In this document: positions 14,968 through 26,274 of the stretch, piece after piece
How the letters are laid out: every line of letters begins with the position of its first letter
Position numbering within the stretch: the first letter of the stretch is position 1
Assembly: GCA_964234715.1 (NCBI GenBank)
Contig: OZ174276.1
Direction: 5' to 3' (one strand)
Source: Podarcis melisellensis
Taxonomy: Eukaryota
Length of the DNA: 64,000 nucleotides
Translations under genes and position numbers: made by a program
Notes under the pieces: generated by a model
Seen by the model: the letters and a program-made list of their open reading frames with translations, nothing else
What the model was told of the DNA's origin: nothing
Databases searched by the model: none

Positions 14968-17154
14968 AGAATTCACCAGTGAAACAATTATAGATGTTCT
15001 CCAAAACAAAACATTAGGCAGCACCACGGTTGCCTGGAATCCTCCCTTCTCTTCCCTACAATGTGTAATAATGAGAGGCATGATCAATCTTTTGTCCCAC
15101 ACTAAATCACTGGCATGGGATGAGAAGTCACATTACTATATATTACAGAGGGAAAATAAGAAACCAGACTGTGTGGTTAATGTTTTTGGCACCACCATTA
15201 TGTTTTTTGGTGATATCTTATTCCACCCTCAGGCTCCTGTAGATCTTGCATCTTAGACCGATGATCTACATATGACTTCTGCCTTTGCCTGAATTCCTGT
15301 GCCTTTGAAGTATCTTTGAAATGGGTGCTGTTTGGTCTGAAAGCTTCTCTTCAAAGAGAGGTTTGGCAAGGTTCTCCCTCCTCCTCCCTTTTGAAACAGT
15401 TATTTTTCTCTGTCTTAATGCTCTGCAGAGAGAAGCAGGGTTCCAGAGAACTGCCCCCCCCAGACACACACTTCTCAAAGTACCCCCTCCCCATTCAAGA
15501 GTGGATTGAATCCGGGCCAAGGCATACACGTCCAGAGGCATCAGAGCAACAGGTTGCCTGGACAGCAGCAAATCCGCTGAATTTCACCGTCTTCAGATTC
15601 CCTGGGTGGCAAGCCAGCGTGTTAGAGACCTATCACATCTAACCGAACTCTTGAATGCAGTTATAGCCAGAAAAAGCCACTGCGCCAATATGACACTTTT
15701 CTCCTTGCAAGCTCTGTTCCTTGTGTGTATCAGGGTCATAACAGCCATCTGCCAGCAGCCAGCTTTGTAACCTCTCTGTCGTCCATGCAGGGGCAGTGTA
15801 GCAAATTGTTTTGCGGTTTATGAAGCATCAACAAATACCTGACGGTTCTGTACCTTCCCTCCTGCCCTGCCAGATGCTTGGAAAGAACTGGAAGATTGTG
15901 CAGTGTAGCGGCTCTAAGAGAGTCCCCAAGTCGACTCTCTATTAGGCAAGCCTCTCCCGCAGACTCAGTCCTTAACACACAAACACACAGACACGTGTGC
16001 ATGTGCACGCACACAGGAAAATCTGCAAAATGGAGGATAATATTTGACTTGCCTTACAAGATTGTTGTAAGGACTATGACTATATAATGCATGTGAAGTG
16101 GTCTGAACACTTGAAAATGCGACACAAATGTTTATTGCTGCTATTGCTGTTATTTACCCCCATTTAAGGTGACTATCTCTTTCATATTGCGGAGAGAATA
16201 ATTCTAGCTAAGGTGTGTAACGCTTGTTGTGTAGTCCAAATGTGCTGGCGATTGGCATGGATGGAATCTGAGGAGGGGGAAATTCTCTTAAGACCCAGAT
16301 GCTACAAGACAAAACATTTTGCTGAGAACAGAAGAGAAGCCGGACACAGCACCACTGGGAACTCTCAAGAGATGCCCCTGCCCCAGGGTTCAAGGGCCAT
16401 ATTTTTTATATATCCTACTGAGGGAGGAGGCTGCCTTTTATTTTATTTTTTTGCCTGAGGACGTTTCATTCAGTATATGTATTCTTGTGGAGGTCACACA
16501 TCACTGGGAAATGAATACGTAAACTGCCTGGAACATGCTTTGTATACAGAGTGGAATGGTAGCATATTTTGTTGCTGTTTATCACAGAAAACAGATGTCA
16601 TTAAAAAACACTTATGCCTTGCATTTGCAGCTGCAACCTTACTTCTTTTAACAGCAGGTTCTTAAAATTGTGCTATTGTTGTGTGTCCCCCACCATGCTG
16701 GAAAAAAGGCCCTGTTTATTTCAGCTTCTTCCCTTTGGAAGCACAAAATCCATCAAATTTGTTTTGACAGTATCTATCAAAATGACCCTCTTTAGAAGAG
16801 ACTAAGGCTCAGTCTACACAGGCAGAAGAATGACGAGCTAGAGTTCTGAGGTGGTACATCAGACTGCTTCGGGCTGCAGGAAGGGGGTGCCATTTTTGAA
16901 TGCTCCCTCATGCTTTTTTAATGCCTGCATGTAAAGAAACAAGATTCAGATGCTCTCTTCTTGCTCTGCTGATTTTCAGCTTACTGAGACTTGTGTGTAT
17001 GTGCGTGTTTTTACAGAGGTGAGTATTCAAAAATGGTATCCCTATCTGCAGTCCCATTACTCTACTTCAGAATTCTCTGTACTGTATTTGATTCTGGTTT
17101 AAACATTAAACACCTTTTAGTTTAACATCAAACACAGAGCCACTATTGATGTAT

Positions 17155-17285
17155 AGGTTTGAGTGTTGGACTAGGACTTGGGAGACCAGGGTTCAAAACC
17201 CCACTCAGCCATGAAGCTCACTGGGTGACCTTGGGCTAATAACTGTCTCTCAGCCTAACCAACCTGACTGGAAGTTGTGAGGATA
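17155..17285 (+). mobile_element. Older tRNA-derived SINE fragment (MIR/Squam3-like)
   Basis: gagtgttggactaggacttgggagaccagggttcaaaaccccactcagccatgaagctcactgggtgaccttggg; similar to 61515-61745. Confidence 0.7.
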
Positions 17286-19939
17286 GCACCGTCTTTCCAC
17301 ACACACTACTTTTCAAGGTTAGCTTAACAACCACAGTGCCTCTCATTATTAAGCTCAGTATTAAAATACATTTGTGCTAAGCTTTGAGCTTGTTACATAT
17401 GCCAGTAACATCAGAGGAAGTATAGATCATAGGACAGCTGTGCACATCATAACTGCTGTGATGTATTGCAGATAATTTACCCGGGTGTGTATATGTGTGC
17501 CTTTAACATGTATGTATTCAGACATTACTTCCACACTTGACATGTTTCCTGAGGGAAACACTGGTGTAACAATGGCATTTCTTCTCACAGCTGTGGCAAT
17601 GTGTAGCACTGTCTGTGGAGAAAGAGGAGCAGTAGTAAAAACCAGTACAAGGAGCAAGAAATGTCTGTAAATGTTTGTATTCTTTATCAGGAAATGAAAC
17701 GGGGTTGGAGATGGCACAAAACTAGCCTGTACCAACCAAGCTGAGTTATTCACCCAAAGTCACCGATCTTTGTTAACTCAACAAAGCGGAATCCTACTGC
17801 TGTAGAACTCATTGTTCTTCTAATGGGGCCAGCAAGTGTTTCCTGTAGGCCCCTCTGAGTAAATGGAGAGAAAATGATCTGCTCTCCCTGCTATTAATGA
17901 GAGGCCCAAGCTCAAAAAAGGGAAGAATGAAGGCATATTTGTATATATATATTTGTTAAAGACTGTGTGTACATTTGCATATGGGTGCATGTGCAAACAT
18001 GTACGCTCACATGGGAGTCTCCCCCCTGCTCTGCTCCTGAAAATAGGCAGCCCCATAAGTAGACATCAAACGGACTCTAACAGAGTAATAGATCCCAGAT
18101 TTCATTCCTCCCACACACACCTTCTTAACAGAATATCTGTGTTTGTTCACTCTGTTGTCTGGCTTCCTGTCAAGATATCCTGCAGCCAGCCTAGAGCAGC
18201 TCCTAATGGGCTGCCAGGGGATTTAGTCTGATACGAGTGTGTACCAGGTGCTGACAGCTTGCTGGAGCAGCTCGCTCTGCTAGCGTGATTGGAAATTGGT
18301 CTCTCATTTTCACCCTGTCATAGTGAGTAGATAGCAGAGGGATGAGCAGGGATGCTCTCTTTCTATAGATTTCCACTACTGTGCAAGGTGGGGCATGGGA
18401 AGCTTCTTCTGCCTGTCAGTGATTTGCTCAAGCACATTTCTTCCCCTACCTCAGCTCTTGTCATAAGGGGGCAGCTCTCAGGTTAGCCTTATCCAGCCAC
18501 ACAAAGCAGTCCCCCTTTGGGCAGCAAGATTCAGAGGCAGGTGCCATTTCCCTGCATCCCTCCTCTATCTCTGCATGCCATTTTTAAAAAGAAAGAGAAA
18601 AGGTCCCGTCTTGAGGTTTTGTGTTTGTGTTTTCAACATTTTCAGATGGGAAAAGGTCTCAGGCCAGCAGTGGATGAGCCATAACATTTAAATATGGCTG
18701 CCAGGTATTGTCAGCTTGCGCAACAGGGGGAAAAAATCTCTCCCCAATAGCTCCTTACATGCACCAATTTAATTTTTAAATGTATCGAAAGAAACCTTAC
18801 TGATAAGAGGAGCCTTGTAAAGAGCTTCTTATGTGTTTGTCTATAGCAAATAAGAACCATTACCAGGTGAAAAGGAGGGAACCAAAACACATAGGTTCTT
18901 TCTTTTTTAAAGGTGATCATGGGCTAAGTGATGGTCAATGAAGCTAGTAAAAAATTGTCTTAAAATGTTTGTGGGCTTAATTTGCAAGACCGCTGACAAG
19001 GGTATAGCCCAGGGCTCCCCACCCCCCAGGCAGAACATGCTGGAACTCAGTTCCATGGGTACCATTGCCATTCTAAGAGGTTTCTTGATGAGTTCTGGCT
19101 ACTCTTTTTCTAGAAAAATAGCACTGGTATTGCCTTTTCGGGTCTAAAGAAAAAAATGGCATATTGGTCTGGGTTTGGGTGTCTGAGTTGCTGGCAAATC
19201 CCACATTTCTGGTATTCAATTATTTTTGAGATGGTAAGGTTTTGCAAGAATGAATACAAATTTGTTTGCTTTAATGTCCTTCTGGAATATCTCTGAAGGG
19301 CAGACAGGACATTCCTTGGTTGTTTTTGTCTCTCATTTTATATAAAGCTGAGAAAATTGCCACTCTAGGCTACAATCAGCATGAGACTTGTATAGTCAAG
19401 TGATAGGAGGGCTCAAATAAAAACATGTAAAAATGGAGCTGAACCGCAGTCTTGTGTGTGTGTGTGTGTGTTTTTCTTCTTCTTTTATTTTCAGGGAATT
19501 GTTTCTCATGGCTCAATACCATGTAAAATTCACTCAGGAGCCATTTACAGCAATACTTATGGGAAATGCACATATATGTGGGAGCAGAATAGTGGATAGA
19601 GATTTTGCAAGTAACTCTAGCTTTGCTGGCTGTGGGAATACTGGTAAGTGTTTAATTTTTAAAGACCTTTTTAAGCCAACTAATATCTAGATTCAGTTGT
19701 AATGTAAGGAGTTGTTTTGCTAATTTAGTTAATCTAATCCCTTGCTGAATGAGATGAAGAGGTGGGGCCTGAGCCTGCTCCCCTTTTGCATGTATTTCAC
19801 ACAACATATTATCAGTCCTCAGGTCTAATCAGTTTCACTTTTCTTTTTTAATTATTGGACAAGGGAGAGCAGCTGCAGTTTATACCTAGGAAGATACAGC
19901 AAATACCACATCCTGCAACAACAATGACACAAACTATTA

Positions 19940-20145
19940 CAGTGGTACCTCAGGTTAAGAACTTAATTCATTCTGGAGGTCTGTTCTTAACCTGAAACTG
20001 TTCTGAACCTGAAGCACCACTTTAGCACGATTTCTGTTCTCATCCTGAAGCAAAGTTCATAACCTGAAACACTATTTCTGGGTTAGCAGAGTCTGTAACC
20101 TGAAGCGTATGTAACCTGAAGCATATGTAACCCGAGGTACCACTG
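19940..20145. mobile_element. Tc1/mariner(pogo)-type MITE
   Basis: TIRs CAGTGGTACCTC(A/G)GGTTA and TAACCCGAGGTACCACTG, flanked by TA on both sides. Internal aacctgaa repeats. Confidence 0.9.
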
Positions 20146-20392
20146 TATATTTATACATACTCAAGAAACCAATGCAAGATCTGTGCTAATGTCACCGCAG
20201 CAGCAAGCTATTAGATGCTAGGAACCTTAAAAGTCACTTTCTTTGTTTTAGAGACACTATCTACTGTATTCAGCCACAGTGAACTTTCCAAAGTCAAGGT
20301 GAGGGAGAACCTGTTTGGGGGTGCAACAGGTTTCTGTTCACAAAACAGGACTTCACCTTATTACCCTCCCTGCTACAGTCCTCAGACTCTCA

Positions 20393-20793
20393 GGGTCTGG
20401 AAACCAAGCCTTATGAGGGAGTCAGGTATGCTTAGTCTGGAGAAGAGAAAACTGAGAGGTGATATGATAGCTATTTTCAAATATCTGAAGTGCTGTCACA
20501 TAGAAGATGAAGCATGCTTGTTTTCTGCCACTCCAAGGGGTCAGACCTAAACCAATGGATTAAAATTACAATAAAAGGGATTCTGACTAAGCATTGGGAA
20601 GAACTTTCTCACTGTAATAACTGTTTTATAGTGGAATGGGCTACCTCAGAAGGTGGACTCTCCTTCATCTGAGGTTTTTCAACAGAGGTTGGATGTCTGT
20701 CTGTCAGGAATTCTAGCTGTGATTCCTGCATTGCAGGGGTTTGGGGTAGATGACTCTGGGAATCCCTTCCAATCCTACAATTCTAGTATTCTA
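20393..20793 (+). mobile_element. CR1 LINE 3' fragment (degenerate ORF2 C-terminus and 3' UTR)
   Basis: GMLSLEKRKLRGDMIAIFKYLK is a typical CR1 ORF2 C-terminal motif; ends in an attcta-type terminal repeat. Confidence 0.9.
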
Positions 20794-21560
20794 TCTGCTC
20801 TGGGAGCAAGCCCCACTGAATTCAATAGCACTTACTTTTGAATAGACACGGTTAGGATTGTGCTATAACACTCTCTTAGGAAAGTGATTTTTTTATATAT
20901 GAAATTATTAATCTGAAATATTTTTGGTATTTTTAATATGAAGTATTTAAACTATCTAGACCATAATAACAATCTTTTTGTTTCCTTTTCAGAATGCCAA
21001 TGGATGGTGCGTCAAGACAGCCCCAAATTATTTTGGCCGCATCAAGTTAAAATGTCTGCGCTTGAGGCTTCTGGAGTGCCGGGTAACAAGACTCCAAAAT
21101 GTGACTCCATGATGCAATTCCAGGGTGCACATTAAGCAGAGGTCTGCTTGGATTCTTTGGAGAAAGCCCTTCCTTAAGGTTCCTATAGAATCCAGAAAGG
21201 GATGTCACAGGACAGCAAAGCTGTTCCGCTGTTCTTTTAATTTTTGCTACCTTTTAGGGGTCTTCCCTTTATTTCTACCATCTTGCCAAATATCCTTTCT
21301 TACATCAAATTCTCCTTTCACAACTCAAGAGGTTGTGTTACCCCGCAGCACTTTTGGCCCAGGGATTCTCCATGGTGACTGACCTGGCAACTTCCAATAC
21401 AGCCTAAACCTGCCTTTTTGATCAGCTCCATTGAGAAATGCATGGTGAAGTCTGTGTAGCTACAACCTTCATGTTGGGAAGAGAAAAGGGCATCAAGGAA
21501 GGGTTCAGACAATGGTTATTTCTTCCCAGAGGCTCATCTTCTTACCGGATGCATCATTTG

Positions 21561-21645
21561 CCCCACTGTCTTCTATGGCTTTTTATTCCTATGTGATTAT
21601 ATTGCTAATTTCATATAGGGATTGAAGCCGTGCAGTACGCTGGGG
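21561..21645 (+). ncRNA. mir-135a: pre-miRNA miR-135a (miR-135a-1 orthologue by synteny)
   Basis: Mature TATGGCTTTTTATTCCTATGTGA at 21574-21596 and complementary arm TATAGGGATTGAAGCCGTG from 21614. The outer stem cccca...tgggg closes the hairpin. Position next to GLYCTK matches the known synteny. Confidence 0.98.
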
Positions 21646-21978
21646 GTTTGCAACAGAGGCTGCTCACCTTGTTCAAGTCAAAGCCTGTTGGAACAGCTCA
21701 GTGTCATTCATAAAGAGGAGAGAGCTCCCATACGCAGCCATTCACTAGTGACCATTCCTCCTGTCCTCCTCCTCCTCCTCCTCTGATGTTGCTATAGCTG
21801 CTTCCCTTTGCATGCTGCCTGGGCAAGAGTGGTGCTGGGCAAAAGTGGTGGTGGGGGTGTTGGATTATGTATGCATGCAAACATGTAGCATTCCACTATT
21901 TAAGTGCATAAGAATGGCTGCAGTATTTGCCTTTAGTAAGAACCCTAAAGACTATGGACGGAATGGAGGCAGGGAGGA

Positions 21979-22297
21979 CAGGGCGGCCTAAGATATTTTG
22001 GTGCCTGAGGCGAAACGCCCTGCTGCTGCCCTTGCGATGGTGGGGGAGGATCTGCAAGAGCTGCTGGGGGTAGGAGATTTGGCAAGGGTATGAAGAAACC
22101 TTTGGCAAATCTCCCTTCCCACCCAACAGCAAAGCTGGGTGGTGGAGATCTGCGCTACTCTGCCCCCATTGAAACCTCTGTTACCTGGATTGCCTCTCCA
22201 GCAGTGGCATTTCAGGGCACTCGCAGGGGCGCCACCTCTTGTGTTTCCGCCACCTGAGGCAACTACTTCACCCCGCCTCATGGATGGGCTGGCTCTG
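21979..22297. mobile_element. Old hAT-like element just downstream of miR-135a
   Basis: Termini cagggcggcc / gggctggctctg; flanks agggagga / agggaaaa (6/8 match). Confidence 0.55.
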
Positions 22298-23158
22298 AGG
22301 GAAAAATACTTTCACCTGCCCACACTCTGATAAAGGGCTGTCTTCCAAAACTGAATGGCAGTGCAAAAATGTGACAAACTACGATGTGGGGTGTGTGGGT
22401 CTGTGAATGGAATCCTAATATGCAGCAACGTGCTCTCTAGCCACTTTGGAGGGCACCTATTTTGTCACAAGATGTACTATGTATAAAGATGCTTTAGGGT
22501 TCTGCAACTTCTACTGCAGCAATTCTTAAAATAAAAAGGGGAAATCTGAAATTATTATTGCGAGAACTCAGTTCAGTTTGATTGAGAAGCAGCCCCTCAA
22601 AGGAAGAATTGTCACATCACTTTTATGGTTATTTTTCTCTCACTCTTGGGGTAATTTTCTTCTTAGCCTGTCATTTGGGGCCAGGAAGAAACTGGCTGTC
22701 TTACCCCGAGATAATTGTCCAGGGCTGGTGGGAATAGTAAACCTTCTGCCTTGTCTGTTAGCTTTTGGGAAGAGAGCCTTCTCTAGTCAGATTCTCTCAT
22801 ACCTGGCCATCTGCACAGGTGCACCTTAAGAAGCCTGGCTTTTTAACTACAGAAAGCGTGCCTGGAGCAGTATATTCAAGCCCCTGCTTCTAAGCAGTTT
22901 TCTGAAGTATTCCTCCATCACCAATGGAAGACAAGCACACTCTGGTATTACACATGAAGAAAGGATGAGAGGCAACATATTTAGGGGTATGTGTGAGGCT
23001 GAGGAGAAATGGTTAAAACTTTCACATTCTCACTGGTGCCTTTGCTACATGCCTTTGTTGTAAGGCAGGTTAAGTTGCTCTCTAGTTGAAGTTTTAAGGC
23101 CATATAGCCCACTCTTCTTTCTAAAACTTCATATAGCATGTCTTACTGCAGGGCCCAT

Positions 23159-23194
<36 letters not shown>

Positions 23195-23230
23195 TGTATG
23201 TGTATGAGAGAGAGAGAGAGAGGGGGGGGG
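23159..23230 (+). repeat. Compound microsatellite (TC)n(TG)n(AG)n(G)n
   Basis: Read directly. Confidence 0.95.
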
Positions 23231-23985
23231 GCTGCTGACAAATTATTGTGCCCGCGCTGCAGTCTGATAGCCTCAGCCTCCATGCAGGTTTAGGTAGCAT
23301 TACAGAACTAGGGAAGAGGTGCACAGACTTTGATTCCTTGTCAGGATTATATAATCTTCCTCCCAAGTTTCTCAAGGGGCATTTGGGGCTTTTTTTAAAG
23401 CATGTGATAAATATGTCACGTTGGTGCAAATGGGTAGAATTACTCAGTTTGCTGAAGAGATTATAGGAGAACCTTTTCTGCTCACTTCATAAAAGAAGGT
23501 CCCATTAAGCACCGTGTGAAATATTAGCCATTAATCAGCCTCTGCGCAGAATAAACTATCCATACTTATCATTATCTGATCCTTAATGAAGCGGTAATAG
23601 GAATGCTGTAGAGCAGGGATATTAATGTCTCCTAAGAGGCCCAAGCGATGGTAAGGCTAGAAGCCAAGATTTTTAATTCAGTTCCAAAAGCTTCCATAGT
23701 TAATAAGGTTGCTACTTATCCCAACCATTAGCACTTGTTTGGCCACAAGTGTTCCTATTACAAAAATGAGCTCAGCCCTCAGGAAGTGCTTTGCCAGCTG
23801 TTACATTGCTCATCCTCTTTTCTGTCTGACTACATACTTCCTGGGGCTAAATGTGTGCCTGGTTGGCATCCCCATTCAAGCCACTCCTTGCTTTGCTTTC
23901 CTTTTAGGCCTAGATACGATGCCAGCCATCTAGCCACACTGAGAACCGTTTCAGAATGTAAGCTACAACTCTCTATGCTGTAATA

Positions 23986-24234
23986 CAGTCATAACCTCGG
24001 TTTGCGAACATGATCCGTGCGGGAAGCAGGTTCGCAACTCACAGCGTTCGCAGCCTAAAGCACTGTGTCTGTGCGCACGCATGATGCACGTCTGTGCATG
24101 ATGTCATTTTTTTGTTTTTGCGTATGTGCGAGTGCCAAAACCCGGAAGTAACCCGTTCCAGTACTTCTGGGTTTGGCACAGTCTGCAACCCGAAAATGCA
24201 CAACCCGCATTTCGGGTAACCCAAGGTATGACTG
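23986..24234. mobile_element. Tc1/mariner-type MITE, second family
   Basis: ta|cagtcataacctcgg ... ccaaggtatgactg|ta, with an internal hairpin gtgccaaaacccggaagta...tacttctgggtttggcac. Confidence 0.85.
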
Positions 24235-24573
24235 TAATACTTCTATTATTTATATGCCACCCATCTGATTGGTTGCCCCAGCCATTCTGGGTGGCTTCCA
24301 ACAAAATATTTAAACACAACCCCCCCCCTGAAACAATTAAAATCTCCCTGTATAGGTCTGCCTTCAGATGTTACATGTGACCCACACTTCTCATCCACCA
24401 CTACCTTACGTTCTGGCCATAAAAGCTAAAGATACGCTTCTAATATTCTTCCATGCCACAAAGTCAGCTTTAGAAAGGGCCAGCGAGGTGTCTCCCGCTC
24501 CTGGGACTTACTTAGCAGTGTGAAAGATTTTGGCTGGAGTCTGACAATGGTTTTTCAAACAGGTGAAGGTGAT

Positions 24574-24576
<3 letters not shown>

Positions 24577-24646
<70 letters not shown>
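24577..24646 (+). repeat. (AG)n microsatellite, ~35 units
   Basis: Perfect AG run read directly. Confidence 0.98.
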
Positions 24647-24648
<2 letters not shown>

Positions 24649-25102
24649 ATTATTGTGCTATGGTCAAAGCAGTTTTGCAGATTTTTGAAGCTTGACAAAA
24701 CTTATCAAAAACTATTTGCATCATAGTGAGAGAGTGTCACACAGGTATGGAGGACTCCATCATACCAGAATGGAGAAAATGCTGGATTCTGCAGGAAGCC
24801 AGAAGCAAAGTTCAGCCTGTTACCTATTTGTCTTTTCCCTTCCATAATTGTAGGTTCCCAAACTGCTCTCCTAGTCCATTTGAAAATTGTATTGGTAGAG
24901 AACTTAATGGGGTGTGTTTTTTCTTCCATTGTAGAAATGGTACTGTGCTGTGCTAGATGCTGTATGGTTTTTACTTCTATTTATGGACACACCATGGACT
25001 ACCTGCATGAAGCTCCTGGATCACCAGCTGTTCATGGGCCAGTTAAGGAATCCTTTCCTTGGGATATACTCATCTCCTCCCTTGCTGGGCTGGTTTGGAA
25101 CA

Positions 25103-25647
25103 AATCATAGAATTCTAGAGTTGGGAGGGACCCTGAGGGCAGTGTTAGAAACTGAGATATGAAAGCTAGGAGTTAAATGGCACTTTAAACGTAGCTTATG
25201 GGTGCAACAATGGAATGTCTAGGTGTACTTTTTTGATAACAAGAATACAAAAATGAAAATAAATGAACTGCAGCTAAAATATTATGTTCATTTTTCACAC
25301 TGTCTAGTCCTTCTCCTGCCCATCCCCCTAATATTCATAAGAGGGTCTCTTTTCCTGTCTTCAGAGAGTAGCTGGAAGTGGGGAGTCAGAAAAAAGTCCT
25401 CTTTTCCTTCTACTCTGCAGTTTTATTCTGAAATCTTAGGTGAAGTACTGTGCCCGGAGCTCAGAAACTGCTCTTGCTAATGAAATTCCCTGTCGCGAAA
25501 TGCGCCATGGGAGTTTCGAACACTGCCCAAGGGTCTTTTAGTCCAACACCCTACAATGCAGGAATTCTGCTCATAGCTGTCCCTGGGTAGGCTCAAACCA
25601 CCAACCTTCTGGTTAACAGCCAGATGCATTGACCCACTGGAGCACAG
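25103..25647 (-). mobile_element. tRNA-Asn/CR1-tail SINE split by a DNA transposon (pieces 25103-25139 and 25526-25647)
   Basis: Joining the two flanks reconstructs a copy colinear with 39793-39940. Confidence 0.8.
25140..25525. mobile_element. Non-autonomous DNA transposon (hAT-like), complete
   Basis: TIR CAGTGTTAGAAACT / AGTTTCGAACACTG. Degenerate 8-bp TSD cctgaggg / cccaaggg. Second copy at 48573-49140. Confidence 0.85.
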
Positions 25648-26227
25648 GAGGGCTCTTATGATAATACTCTTATGATAGCTGAAGTGGGCAACATGACCTG
25701 CTTCATTCACATGGCCACAAGCACAAATGAATGGTGGGCATTCTTCTAATCTCTGTGTTACGTGTATACACACACATTCTCTCTCTTTTACTGGGGCATC
25801 TACATGTCTGTTAGTGAATCACTTCCCAAGAGGCATCCTGAAAGTGCTGTTAGTCCCTGTTACACTGGAGGCAAATGAAGGCCTCAACAACACCTCCCTC
25901 CTGGATTAATACTCCTGGAAGCTCTGTGGTGCTGACTGCTTGGGTACATGATTTTAAATGTTTGATAGTGTACTAAAATATTTTCATCGTTGTTGCTTAC
26001 ATAGACCTGACCATCCCTCACAAAATATGTTTTGGCATGTGATGGTATTAGGTACAGCGTGTGTTCAGAAGCCTGCTCTTTCCCTCTTTCACCCCTTGCC
26101 CCAAAGGGGAAAAAACCCACTGGTGGTTGTTATGGGACGACTGTAGCTACCAAGTTCTAAGAAATGTTTGCTTTATTGTCTGTATTTTGCATGGCCTTCC
26201 AGTGAGTGTTAAGTGTCATGCACACAT

Positions 26228-26235
26228 CACACACA

Positions 26236-26274
<39 letters not shown>
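26228..26274 (+). repeat. Compound microsatellite (CA)n(GA)n
   Basis: Read directly. Confidence 0.95.

Noticed and set aside
18446-18453. let-7 8-mer seed match CTACCTCA (also at 20641)
   Set aside because: Not in any supported 3' UTR; one copy is inside a CR1; such matches are expected by chance in 64 kb.
19613-19640. actctagct resembling the 5' end of miR-1251
   Set aside because: The match stops after ~9 nt and I see no complementary hairpin arm.
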